Of a stretch of 64,000 nt of DNA, positions 39,637 to 51,252 are shown piece after piece; position 1 is the first letter of the stretch; every line of letters begins with the position of its first letter. This stretch comes from Octopus vulgaris (taxonomy: Eukaryota): contig OX597827.1 of assembly GCA_951406725.2 (NCBI GenBank), forward strand, positions 32,302,001 through 32,366,000, in the 5' to 3' direction. The position numbers and the translations under genes were made by a program. Under the pieces are notes generated by a model, which was not told the origin of the DNA, did no database searches, and was given only the letters and a program-made list of their open reading frames with translations.

Positions 39637-39742
39637 TGTGACCGACCAGTCCATCAGATGTAGTTACACCTCGCTATTCGCAATGCGTTCGCATTGTTTT
39701 AGCCTTCGAATGACGCCACCCCACTGGCTAAGCGCGCAGGCC
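39633..39742 (-). mobile_element. 110-bp structured short element within (AT)n
   Basis: Reverse complement of 41864-41973. Confidence 0.7.
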
Positions 39743-39790
<48 letters not shown>

Positions 39791-39791
<1 letters not shown>

Positions 39792-41360
39792 TATATAAAA
39801 CTGAGAATGTGTGTCTGTCTGTGTGTTTCCCTAAAACTTGAGAAGTACATTACCAATTTCATTCAAATTTTACACATGCCTTACTTAGGGTCCGGGGTGT
39901 GTCATGGGCAAAAAGATGTTCAACTTCTTGCCTAGGGCGAGCCCATAGCAATAACATATCTTCTCCACTATTTCAGTATTACGTGTTAAAAGTGAAACAA
40001 AAACATTTCTCTATTTTATGTCAGATACTTTCACATTAACAATAGAAATTAGAGATAATAATAACAATTGGATTTTATGTAGTAAGTAATAATTACAATC
40101 AAACTAAAGTATAATATAATCGTAACATAACAAAAGTAAAAATAGCAATTGGTATAAAATTGCATCAATGACTTGAACTTGAATAAGTGGTTTCACATGA
40201 ATGGGAATAAATTAAAATAAAATTAGCGCGCATAAATGGAATAGTCCAGATGGAGCTATGCACATACCATTTACCACGGCTTTTACATTAGATTATCTGC
40301 TAATTAGCTAGCATTATGAAGTTTGGCTGTATGTAATGTCTGTTTTCTCGAACAGCCGCTTCTACTGAGTACTGCTGTTGGTTTATTTCTTATACATAAA
40401 GGACTGTGTACTGTGTACTGCTTTTTGATTCACCGTAAGGTTTGTTATTATTATTACTGTTTTACTATTGTTATCACGTTTGTTGGTTCCTCGTAAGGGA
40501 AACGTTGTTGTGTTGCATTTTTTAAATAATTGTAAACTGTAACCCTCCCCCTTTGGGAGAGGAAGCTTTGGTTATTGTTTAAAAATTGAATTGTGTCCCT
40601 GTTTGGGGAAATTTACAATATTTTCACCGTTTACACGGAAGCATTTTTGTTAGAATGCCTTCGATAGAAGAAAGTCCAAAAATGAATTTCGCTGCAGCCG
40701 TCGGCGGGCGCGAACTCATTAAAATTAAAATGGAAGAAATACAAACCTATTTCGGATTGATCATCGACAAAGACGGTGAATCTAGGATAACACCACCAAA
40801 TGAAATAAAAAATTAAATTAAAGAAAAGACTATTGTCTATAAAGTATACAATGTAGAGAGAAAAAAGATTTGAACACCTGGAGGAAAGCACCATCGAAAA
40901 GTGTCTTGGTGCGACTATGAAAGATATCTAACCAGAGGCGGTAAATTCGCCACAATAGAAGCAAGGTTCGAGTCAACGGAGCGTGCAAGGGAGTACTCGA
41001 CTCGAACCTTGCAAAGTGGAAATATTTTATTTTCACCTTTATATCTGGGACGTAGGACGTCCCGGATAAAAATTTTAAATGTCCCCCCAGAAGTAGAGGT
41101 AGGTTGGATTGTAGCCACACTTTTATACAAGAGGGAGAACAAGATACAATTGATCGAAATTGCAAGAGACGGGCCTAAAATTCCAGTCAGTTATATATTT
41201 TGAGTATTGTTATCACTAGCGATATCAAGATATAACTTTGTATTTTGTATTTTATGTGTAGATGTATATATATAGATGTACATGTAATATGTACACATAT
41301 ATATACACATATATACATGCACTAGCACTATGACCCGGCAACGACGGGTTATAATGCTAG
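39791..41360 (+). mobile_element. Non-autonomous Helitron carrying an L1/Tx1-like ORF1 fragment
   Basis: Homologous to 24112-25085; ends CTAGCAC..CCCGGCAACGACGGG..TGCTAG before T. Confidence 0.8.
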
Positions 41361-41365
41361 TATAT

Positions 41366-41436
<71 letters not shown>

Positions 41437-41539
41437 TACATATATATATAATCGCAGCCTGTCCACGAAGTGGCAAAACAGACTTTGCGTATGTGTGTTC
41501 ATATTGTTTATAACCCTCTGAGAGTTTCTCATTCATATC

Positions 41540-41664
<125 letters not shown>

Positions 41665-41704
41665 AATAAATGGTGGGGTTGTGTTGACCGCACGTGGAGA
41701 AATG

Positions 41705-41851
41705 ATAAGCAAGGAAAAATTGTAAAAAGGCAGAATGCTAAATTGAAAGAAAATTTTATCAATTTTTCAAAAACTTTTTCCATACACCCGTTTTCATTAA
41801 AATTTTCCTTCAATTTAGCATTCTGCTTTTTTACAGTTTTTCCTTGCTTAT
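41705..41851. repeat. Foldback with arms of about 54 bp
   Basis: ATAAGCAAGGAAAAA.TGTAAAAA.GCAGAATGCTAAATTGAA and its reverse complement. Confidence 0.8.
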
Positions 41852-41863
41852 ATATATGTATAT

Positions 41864-41973
41864 GGCCTGCGCGCTTAGCCAGCGGGGTGGCGTCATTCGA
41901 AGGCTAAAACAATGCGAACGCATTGTGACCAGCGATGTGTAGCAACATCTGATGGTCTGGTCGGTCACGTGAT

Positions 41974-41980
<7 letters not shown>
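41864..41980 (+). mobile_element. 110-bp structured short element with (CACGTGAT)2 tail within (AT)n
   Basis: Second copy at 39633-39742 in opposite orientation with the same GGCCTGC start. Confidence 0.7.
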
Positions 41981-42046
<66 letters not shown>

Positions 42047-42480
42047 CGGAAGCACAGACAGGCAGACAGACAAACAGATGCTGGCATACAACACGCATGG
42101 AACAGCAACGAAAAATCACGTACATTCATTGAGATCAGTTTTCCTGTAAATGTGAACACCTCTTCCAAAATGACGGAGAAGGTAAATATTTACGGACACA
42201 TGCTTCAAAACCAGCAGCTTATCTGCGTATGAATTCGTACTTAAACAAGTAATAAATGTTTCAGTGACAAACTGGAAATGCTAGAATTTTAAGGTACAGA
42301 AAGAGACCGGCCAAGACAATATGGACCAGTCGAACTCTATGGTCGATGTAATTGAATTCCCTATCCCACGAAATTGTGGGCTTTGTGTCAGAATTTAAAA
42401 CCAGTATTATTATTATTATCATTTTCATTATTATTATCATTATTATTATTATCATTATTATTATTATTATCATCATCATC

Positions 42481-42529
<49 letters not shown>

Positions 42530-42543
42530 TCATCATCATTATT

Positions 42544-42589
<46 letters not shown>

Positions 42590-42625
42590 TCATCATTATT
42601 ATTATTATTATTATTATCATTATAT

Positions 42626-42840
42626 AAGGCGGCGAGCTGATAGAAACCTTAGCACGCCAGACAAAATGCTTAGCGGCATTTCGTCCGTCTTTACATTCTG
42701 AGTTCAAATTCCGCCGAGGTCGACTTTGCTTTTCATGCTTTCAGAGGCGATAAATTAAATACCATTGGTGTACTGAGGTCCATGTAATCGATTAGTTCCC
42801 TCCTCCCAAATTTATGGCCTAGTGCCTTCAGTAGAAAAGA
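42626..42840 (+). mobile_element. SINE family B (Nin/Deu-domain-like)
   Basis: AAGGCGGCGAGCTG head, GAGTTCAAAT B-box, GGTCGACTTTGCTTTTCAT..GATAAATTAA.TACC; (TTA)n tail. Confidence 0.8.
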
Positions 42841-42860
42841 TTATTATTATTATTATTATT

Positions 42861-44032
42861 CAGTAGTTTTATTTTTATAGCGTGCTTTCACTTCACTACC
42901 GAGCGCAGCTCTGTGTGCCTTGGGTATGTGCTGTGATTTGTTGTGATGCTCTGATGGTTATTGTATGGAAAGTGTTCTGCGTAGGATGTGTGCAGTGCCT
43001 AGTAGTGCAATTTTCTGTATGTTATATGTGTTTGTAAGTCCTGGTGTTTTTGTTATGTATTTGTCTGAATATTTTTTTATCATGCCTAATGCACCTACTA
43101 TGATAGGAATTGTTTCTGTTTTCAGGTTCCACATTCTAGTTACCTCTATTTCCAGGTCTTTGTATTTTGAGAGTTTCTCCATTTCTTTTAGAGACACGTT
43201 GTCATCTGCCGGTATTGATACATCAATTAGAAAGCATTTTTTTTCTTCATGATCTCTGACAACTATATCTGGTCTGTTGGCCTTAATTTCTCTGTCTGTG
43301 TGTATCGGCATATCCCAGAGTATGGTTGCTTTCACGTTTTCTGTGACCTTTTCTGGTGTGTGCCTATACCATCTTTTTTCTGTTGTTATTCCATAATGTT
43401 GGCATAGCTTCCAATGTATGTAGGTTCCAACTCTGTCATGTCTGTGAATATATTCCTTCTTAGCCAGGACTGGGCAGCTAGAGATAATATGATTTATTGT
43501 TTCTTGTCCATCTCCACATATTCTGCAGTTACTTGTAATATTTTTTTTCATTACATGTTTTTGGTAATTTCAGGTGGGGAGGCTTTGGTCTTGTGCTGCA
43601 ATTAAAAATCCCTCTGTTTCTGCTTTGAGTCCTGAGCTTCTCAACCATTGCTGGGATTTTTCTTTGTCTATTTCTTTGCGTTTAGTTTAGTGCAGTATTT
43701 ACCATGAAGGGGCTTTTCTTGCCATCGTTTTATCATGGCTCGTTGCTGTTCTATTTTTAGTTTGGATTTCATTTGTTTTATAGCTTTTGTTGTTTCTTCA
43801 TCATCTTCTTCTTCTTCTTTGTGTTTATTAGGTGGTATGATTTCTTGTTTGTATTTGTCAGCTTCCTTAAATACTGAGAACAGTTTTTTGTTTTGCTCGT
43901 GTTTTGCTGCTATCTGGATCAGTTTTCCTTCCTTCTGAAGTAGGTATTTTTGCAGTCCTATGGTGGTTATTTTATAGTAGTTTTCCAGCTGTATAAGGCC
44001 TCTACCACCTTCTATACGTTTTATATATAGTC

Positions 44033-44033
<1 letters not shown>
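42861..44033 (-). mobile_element. Dong/R4-type LINE 3' fragment (CCHC plus restriction-like endonuclease) within (TAA)n
   Basis: CRICGDGQETINHIISSC, RHD, RPDIVV, LIDVS, EKLSKYKDL, PIIVGALG; (TTA)n on both sides. Confidence 0.92.
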
Positions 44034-44100
<67 letters not shown>

Positions 44101-46500
44101 CTTCTTTCAGTTCTGTTTCCATTTCTTGCCGAGTGTCTACCTGACGCCTAGGGCAGAGGACCGTACTGTATACATCGGTAGGCCCAACACGCCAAGTTGT
44201 TCATTTACAAAGTCATGTCACAGAAGAGAAAAGTGGGGAAGACATAGAAAAAAGGAAAAGTTAAAAAATAGAAAAGTAAACAAATAAAATAAAGGAGGAA
44301 AAGAAAAGAAAGTTCACAGCGACAATGCTCTTCTCAATATGCGTGACCAGTTACCAGTTAAGACAATCTTTTGCACTTTCCTTCATGGATGGTAAGCCAG
44401 AGATCATTCTTAAATAATTTTCAGTTCTTTTTTTGATCATACCAAGTCCTCCTACAGCCACTGGTATTGTAACCGTTTGAGATGCCACATCTTTTTGATT
44501 TCGATTAGCAAATCTTTATATTTTCTGAGCTTCTCAATTTCTTTTGCCGAGATATTAAGGTGACAGGGTACGCTCATGTCAATCAATAAACAGACTTTGT
44601 GGTTTGGGTCTTTCACAATATCAGGTTTATTTGCCCTGATGGTCCGGTCTGTACATCCTGGGAAGTCCCAAAGAATACTTACATTTTCTCCCTCAGTTAC
44701 AGCCTCAGGGCGTAAAAAAAATAACATCATCAAAATCTTGAAGCTACAAGATAATATAAGATTAATACAAGCCAAGAAAAATGGACGATAAAAAGTATAC
44801 AATGTTCAACTCTTTCTATTGTTTTCTATTTTCTATTGTCTTCTGTTTTTTTTAATGCCGACCCATTATCCAATGTAGATATTGGCCAACTCTGTCATGT
44901 CTTAATTTGTACTCTACAGGTGCTAAAACCTTACACCCAGAGATTAGGTGGTCAACTGTTTCTATCCCATTGTTGTAGTATCGGCACTTTGAGTCTACAC
45001 CATTTTTCATCACACTAGCTTGGTAGTTCCAGGTCGATAAGCTCTGATCTTGGACAGCCAAGATAAAACCTTTTCTCTCTGCCTTTAGTCCTGAGCTCCG
45101 TAGCCACTGATAGGTGTGCTTCTGGTCTACATCAGCTTGTTTGCTACGGGCCACGTATTTGCCATGCATAGGTTTTTGTTCCCACCTATCAGCCAATTAT
45201 TCAAGCGCATTTTGCTTTCCTATTGATTTCGCCTTCTTTGCAACTACAGTTGTCGTACATCCATCATGCTGCTCAACCTGGGTATTATGCATAAACTCTC
45301 TTGAAAATATTTTACTCTCCTTCATAACAGAATGAAGCTTCTTACATCTTTCATGGTTTTCAACAAGCTTTAGCATCCAGTCGTTCGATGTTTCAAGATA
45401 TTTTGCCAGTCCAGTTGTGGTGGTTTTGTAGATTTCAAATTGGATCAAACCTCGACCTCCTTGAGCTCTGGGTAGGTAAAGACGTTCTGCGTCAACTTTG
45501 GGTGATGCATTTTATTAAAAGTCAGTAGCTTACGGATCTTCCTTATTTCGTTCATATTCCAGTTCAACACATTGAAACTGTAAATAACAACTGGAACTGC
45601 TTAGGAAGTTCTAGCTAACACGTTGTTACGTGCATTTAACTCGGATTTTAGGACTGCTCGAATTTTCCTGTAACACTCCTTCCTGATCTTCTCTTTCATC
45701 CTTGCATGTTGAATGCCAGAGCCCTCGTTCATTCCAAGGTATTTATATGTTTGTTCCTGATCGAGTTCTTTTATGACTATGTCAACATCCAACACCACTA
45801 AATGTGAGGTCTTCAGTTTCCCTTTCTGGAAAGTGACCTTGGCACATTTATCAAGACCAAATTCCATCCCAATGTCATCACTGAATACTTTCACAGTACG
45901 TAGTAGTCCTTCAAGCTCGTATTTGCCATATTATATTAAGTCATCCATATAAAATAGATTACTTGTTTTCTTGTCGTCAATTTTATACCCATACCCTATT
46001 CTCTTAAGTTCACTTGTAAGTGGTATTAGGGCTTTGCAGAAAATTAAAGGTAAAAGTGAGTCACCTTGGAAAATGCCGTAGTTGGTATCAATATTTTTGT
46101 GGTCAGTACTCCATTAGAGTGATATAAAAAGAGATTCGTATTCCACTCTGAAATGTTGTGCTTCAGGAAGTTTGAATTCACAGGAGAAATTTTGAAGATA
46201 TCCAGCGATTTCAAGATCCATGAATGCAGTGTGTTGTTAAAGGCCTTTTTATAATCAATCCATTCAGAACTGAGATTTCTGCGTTTGTTATGACAGTTTT
46301 CAAGGATCATGCGATTGATTAAGAGTTGCTCTTTGCATCCATATGAGCCACGTCGGCACCCTTTTTGTTCAGTGGGAAAAATATCGTTCTGTTCCTTAAA
46401 TTTGTGTTTTTTCCGCGAGGATGGATGTTAAAATTTTATGCGTGGTAAATAGACATTTTATGGGCCGATAGTTTTGGGGAGATTATGTTTCATTATTCTT
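44101..46500 (-). mobile_element. Second, older Dong/R4-type LINE (RT plus RLE)
   Basis: WIDYKKAF, FSDDIGMEFGLDKCA, YKYLG, HGKY, RHD, KPDIV, EKLRKYKDL; insertion near 44709-44853. Confidence 0.88.
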
Positions 46501-47034
46501 TGGGAGTAGGTAATGCCTATTGCCAACCAATCATCTCTGGCTAATCGTTGAGAGGACGTTGGTGTTGCCCTGGCGGAGGTTTGCGCTCTCTGAGTCCTCT
46601 TGTTGTTGATGTTTTCATGAATTCTAGTTTTGTAATTCTTCAACTACGTAGCTTACATTGAGTTATTAACACGTGCAATGCACATATCTCCTCGGTGTTC
46701 CTTTGTGGTGCCAGCAGCTGCATGCAAAAAGATATCACTAGTCCAAAACGTGTTTCCAAATAATTTCGTTCGGTCTCAAGCAAAATCTTCAACAATTTTT
46801 ATTGTGAGAATTGTTTAGTTTGTTTTTTGCTTTTTGTTTTGCTTTCTCCCTCTTCTCGTAAAAAAAAGGGGGCGTTATTTGATACTAGCTCGGAGAAATT
46901 GGCAAAATTATTTTCTAAGCACGGCGTTAAATTGCGTTTGAACCGTACATATTAAAGAATCACCTTTACCGAGTTTGATAAGGACGGATAGACGACGTTT
47001 CAATAATGCGGATGCTACTGGCGGTTTGTTTACA

Positions 47035-47478
47035 TCTCTCTCCCCCCACCTCTCTCTCTCTCTCTCTCGCTGCCTGTCTCTTTCTCTTTTTCTCTCTCTT
47101 TCTCTCGCTCTCTGTCTTTTTCTCTTTGTCCCTCTCTCTCTCTCTTCTCTCGCTCGCTTTCGCTGTCTCTCTTTCTCTCGCTCGCTGTCTTTCTCTCTCT
47201 ATGTCTCTCCTTAGGTCTCTCTCTCTTTTTTATGATCCTCTCTCCCTCTCTCCCCCTCTCTCTTGCTCTCTGTCTCTTTCTCTCTCTCTCTCTCTCATTC
47301 TCTCTTTGTCCCTCTCTTCTCTCTCGCTCGCTTCCGCTGTCTGTCTCACTTTCTCTCGCTCTCTGTCTTTCTCACTTTGTCTCTCTCTCTCTCATTCGCT
47401 TTCGCCGTCTCTCTCACTTTTTCGTTCTCTGTCTTTCTCTTTCTCTATGTTTCTGTCTCTGTCTTTCTTTCTCTATGA

Positions 47479-47515
<37 letters not shown>

Positions 47516-47715
47516 GCTCTCTATCTTTCTCTCTCTCTCTCTCTCTCTATGTTTCTGTCTCTGTCTTTCTTTCTCTATGACTTTCTCTCTCTCTCCCTCT
47601 CTCTCTTTCGCTCTCTGTCTTTTTTTCTCTCTCTCTCTCTCTATGTTTCTGTCTCTGTCTCTCTTTCTCTGTGATTTTCTCTCTCTCTCCCTCTCCTCCC
47701 CCCTCTCTCTTTCCT
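47035..47715. repeat. Long degenerate (CT)n polypyrimidine tract
   Basis: Direct reading; internal sub-duplications. Confidence 0.9.
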
Positions 47716-48191
47716 ATGACTGCTTTCGGCTGGTTTTGATATCTTCTAAAAACCGATCATTAGTGTCGAAATGGCAATTGCTAAGTATCACAGCTCTTTC
47801 TCGGGCTAAAAAGAAAAAGAGATTCCTGCTGTTGAAGCTGTTTAATCGTGAAGTAGTCGGATCCTGGAGTTGAGTATGCTTCGTTCCAGTATGTTACAAC
47901 CGCTTCCGAAAACCGTTAGATGGAGATTTTCACGCATTTTTACATAACTACATCGTCTTAGATTATTCGTGGATTCAAAACTGGATTCAATAAGTGCGTT
48001 GTTATTATAAATCAAATATGGTGGCTAAGAGAATCCAACTGGAGAAAAGTATTCTTGTAATCCGAATTGAATTGTGCCGAGTTGCCAAGTGAACAGTGTT
48101 TTCCATTTTTCCATCTTTATAACAGGAAAATCATTAGAAAATTACTATTTTTAAATCTCACAACGCGAGATATTCATCAACAGTACTTTGT

Positions 48192-48467
48192 AGTAAAGAT
48201 TGTTTGCTAACATAACATGGAAGTCCTGGTTTAGGACGAATGTTGCTGTAATATTGCCCCAGGAGACATCGTCTCCAGCTGGCTATACGACACGATCTGT
48301 GTCCTTGTATTTTCGAACAAGGGAATCTCGTACCCACCCTTATTCGAAAATATAAGGACACAGATCGTGACGTATAGCCAGTTGGAGACGATATCTCTTG
48401 GGACTAAATTACAGCAACATTCGTCCTACACCAGAACTGCCATGTTATGTTGGTAAAAATCTTTACT
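48192..48467. repeat. Foldback element, family F copy 4
   Basis: Arms of about 130 bp with a short spacer near 48324-48336; core GCCCCAGGAGACATCGTCTCCAGCTGGCTATACGACAC..CTGTGTCCTT. Confidence 0.88.
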
Positions 48468-48785
48468 CCAGGAAAATCATTTCTAATCTTCACTGATTTA
48501 GTTCTGTATAACGGGACTGGAAAATGTTCAAAAATATATAGACGGCGATGGACCTGGTGTATGTATCCATGTAATTATGCTTATATGTGTGTGTCTGTGA
48601 CTCATATTGTCGTTCAATGCTCGAAATGAGGAGTTGGCAAACAGCCGACAACTGATGAAGGGTCGTTCTTTATGTTACTTGTCCTGTTTTCCATCTGTTT
48701 CTCTCGTTGTTTGCGTATTGAATACACTTGTTTTCGTATTTCATGTTGTTTACTGTTGGTGACGTCCTGTAACCATATATGAATA

Positions 48786-48835
<50 letters not shown>

Positions 48836-49035
48836 AGTAGTTGAATGAATTATCCTAGTATGGATAAATCGGTTAACCGATACCCGGGTAGCAAATTCAC
48901 GTCAGAAAACACGGTTGAAGCTACATGCCAAGGGCAGAGATCACGTACTTTCGTGTGGAAATTTGTGTGTGTTTTTTTTTTATTATAAATAAATGAAAGA
49001 ATGGAGTCGAACGACGATTTAACAAAATTCCTTTA

Positions 49036-49118
49036 TTCTCGACATATGTTTGGAAGACTGCATATTCCTAATTCCGAAGGAATAAGGGGTGCATTACGCC
49101 GCCTTCTCATCAGGAAAG
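49036..49118 (-). ncRNA. Type I hammerhead, G12C variant
   Basis: CTTTC-CTGATGA-GAAG...CTTC-CAAA-CATATG-TC-GAGAA. Confidence 0.7.
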
Positions 49119-49281
49119 ACAAGGAACTTATGTCAGCATCATGACGAACAAAAACTTTTAGATGACTGCCCACACGGAGTCCAGAGTGATAATCACTATG
49201 GACTCCATTATCACTATGGACTCCGTGTGGGCAGCCATCTAAAAGTTTTTGTTCGTCATGATGCTGACATAAGTTCCTTGT

Positions 49282-49364
49282 CTTTCCTGATGAGAAGCCG
49301 GCATAATGCACCCCTTATTTCTTCGGAATTAGGAATATGCAGTCTTCGAAACATATGCCGAGAG
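49282..49364 (+). ncRNA. Type I hammerhead, U16.1C variant
   Basis: CTTTC-CTGATGA-GAAG...CTTC-GAAA-CATATG-CC-GAGAG. Confidence 0.7.
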
Positions 49365-49408
49365 TAAAGGAATTTTGTTAAATCGTCGTTCGACACCATT
49401 CTTTCATT

Positions 49409-49494
<86 letters not shown>

Positions 49495-49501
49495 TGTGTA
49501 T

Positions 49502-49581
<80 letters not shown>

Positions 49582-50262
49582 ATAGATAGCTATCTTTATA
49601 TATATATATGGCTTATAAGTTTTGTGTTGGCCATAGGCTGTGGTACAATAAATACACTTGCAAAAGATTCTGCACTCCGGAATCGAACACATCGCGACAT
49701 GATTCGAAGCGAACTTTTTAGCCATACAGCTATGTCTGTATCCAATTATAGCTACATAAGACTATCGGATTCCCCCATCTTTGACGTCAAATCGATGCTT
49801 CGATACAATACAGTAAAAAGAAAATTAATGCTCGCCTTTGAGCATCACCCTGCTAAATCACATCCGTTTTTATATAAAAGTGTGGGAGTTAGTTACTCTT
49901 TCCATGGACTGGATTCTCAAGAACATCTCAGCAGTAATCTTTGTTATTGTAAGAGAAAACACCTATATCTATAAGGAATTTAAAAAGCAGAATATAACAA
50001 TACAGAAAGAGACAATGGTACTTAATGAACAGCAGAGTAAAGAGAGCTAAAATAGAGAGGAACGCACAGGCAATTAAGAATTGGTAAGACTATTTACAGA
50101 GTAGATTCTGCATGGCAGTTTTCTAACGATGAAGTGTGCATTGGAGTGGGTGTGTCTGAGAGTGGGTGTGTGCCTGTTACTTCTTAAGCCACCTACATAT
50201 CTGTTTAAAAGGTATAAAACAGTCTTCAGTATTGGATGTTTTATATATATATATATATGTAA

Positions 50263-50294
<32 letters not shown>

Positions 50295-50313
50295 GTACAT
50301 ATGTATGTATATA

Positions 50314-50349
<36 letters not shown>

Positions 50350-50596
50350 CATACATACATATATATATATGTATGTACGTATGTATGTATGTATGTATGT
50401 ATGTAGGAACACATATATATATATATATATATACACATGTGTATGTGTATATATATATATATATATATATGTATATGTATGTGTGTGTGTATGTGTAAAT
50501 GCATATATGTGTATATAGATAAATGTATTCACACACATACACACGCACGCACATGCACTCATGCACAAATACACGAACACACACACACGCACAAGT

Positions 50597-50822
50597 ATGG
50601 TGAGCTTGTAGAAACGTTAGAATATCGAGAGAAAATGCTTTGTTATATTTGTTCCTGCATCGTCCGTTTTTCCCTTCTGAGTTCAAATGCCGCTGAGGTC
50701 GACTTTTCCTTTCATCCCTTCGGGGTCGATAAAAAAAGTACCAGTTGAGCACTGGGATCGACGTAATCGACTTATGCTCTACCCGAAATTGCTGGCTTTG
50801 TGCGAAAAGTCGAAGCCAATAA
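50597..50822 (+). mobile_element. SINE family B
   Basis: GAGTTCAAAT and GGTCGACTTTTCCTTTCATCCCTTCGGGGTCGATAAAA. Confidence 0.75.
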
Positions 50823-50888
50823 TATGCCAACATTTTGTGTTCAAATCCCACCGTTATTAACTTTGTCCTTTTTCACCTCTCTCTAGGG

Positions 50889-50956
50889 TTCTTCTTCTGC
50901 TTCTTCTTCTTCTTCTTCTTCTTCTTCTTCTTCTTCTTCTTCTTCTTCTTCTTCTT

Positions 50957-51051
<95 letters not shown>

Positions 51052-51063
51052 TACTACTACTAC
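50889..51063. repeat. Compound (CTT)n(CTA)n microsatellite
   Basis: Direct reading. Confidence 0.95.
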
Positions 51064-51252
51064 TTCTTTTTCTTCCTCCCCTCGTTCTATCTATGCCTGA
51101 TTTTGTATTACTATTATCGAGGCTCCGTCCGCTATTTCATTACTTTTATTCTTATTTTGTACTTATTGTCCCCACACACACATACACACACCGATATAAT
51201 CAACATACAACGCGTGACATTACACACATGCTGTTGGCGATTTCTTTTCCTT

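Larger units (their letters stand above)
48989..49411. repeat. Large palindrome (arms about 205 bp) with a hammerhead motif in each arm
   Basis: Arms are near-identical reverse complements; 15-bp direct duplication ATCACTATGGACTCC at the axis. Confidence 0.92.

Noticed and set aside
48605-48680. CGACAA-CTGATGA-AGGG hammerhead candidate
   Set aside because: No GAAA and stem III in the required position.
49033-49367. Mirror-image 92-aa ORFs on both strands
   Set aside because: A by-product of the palindrome; non-ATG starts and no protein motifs.
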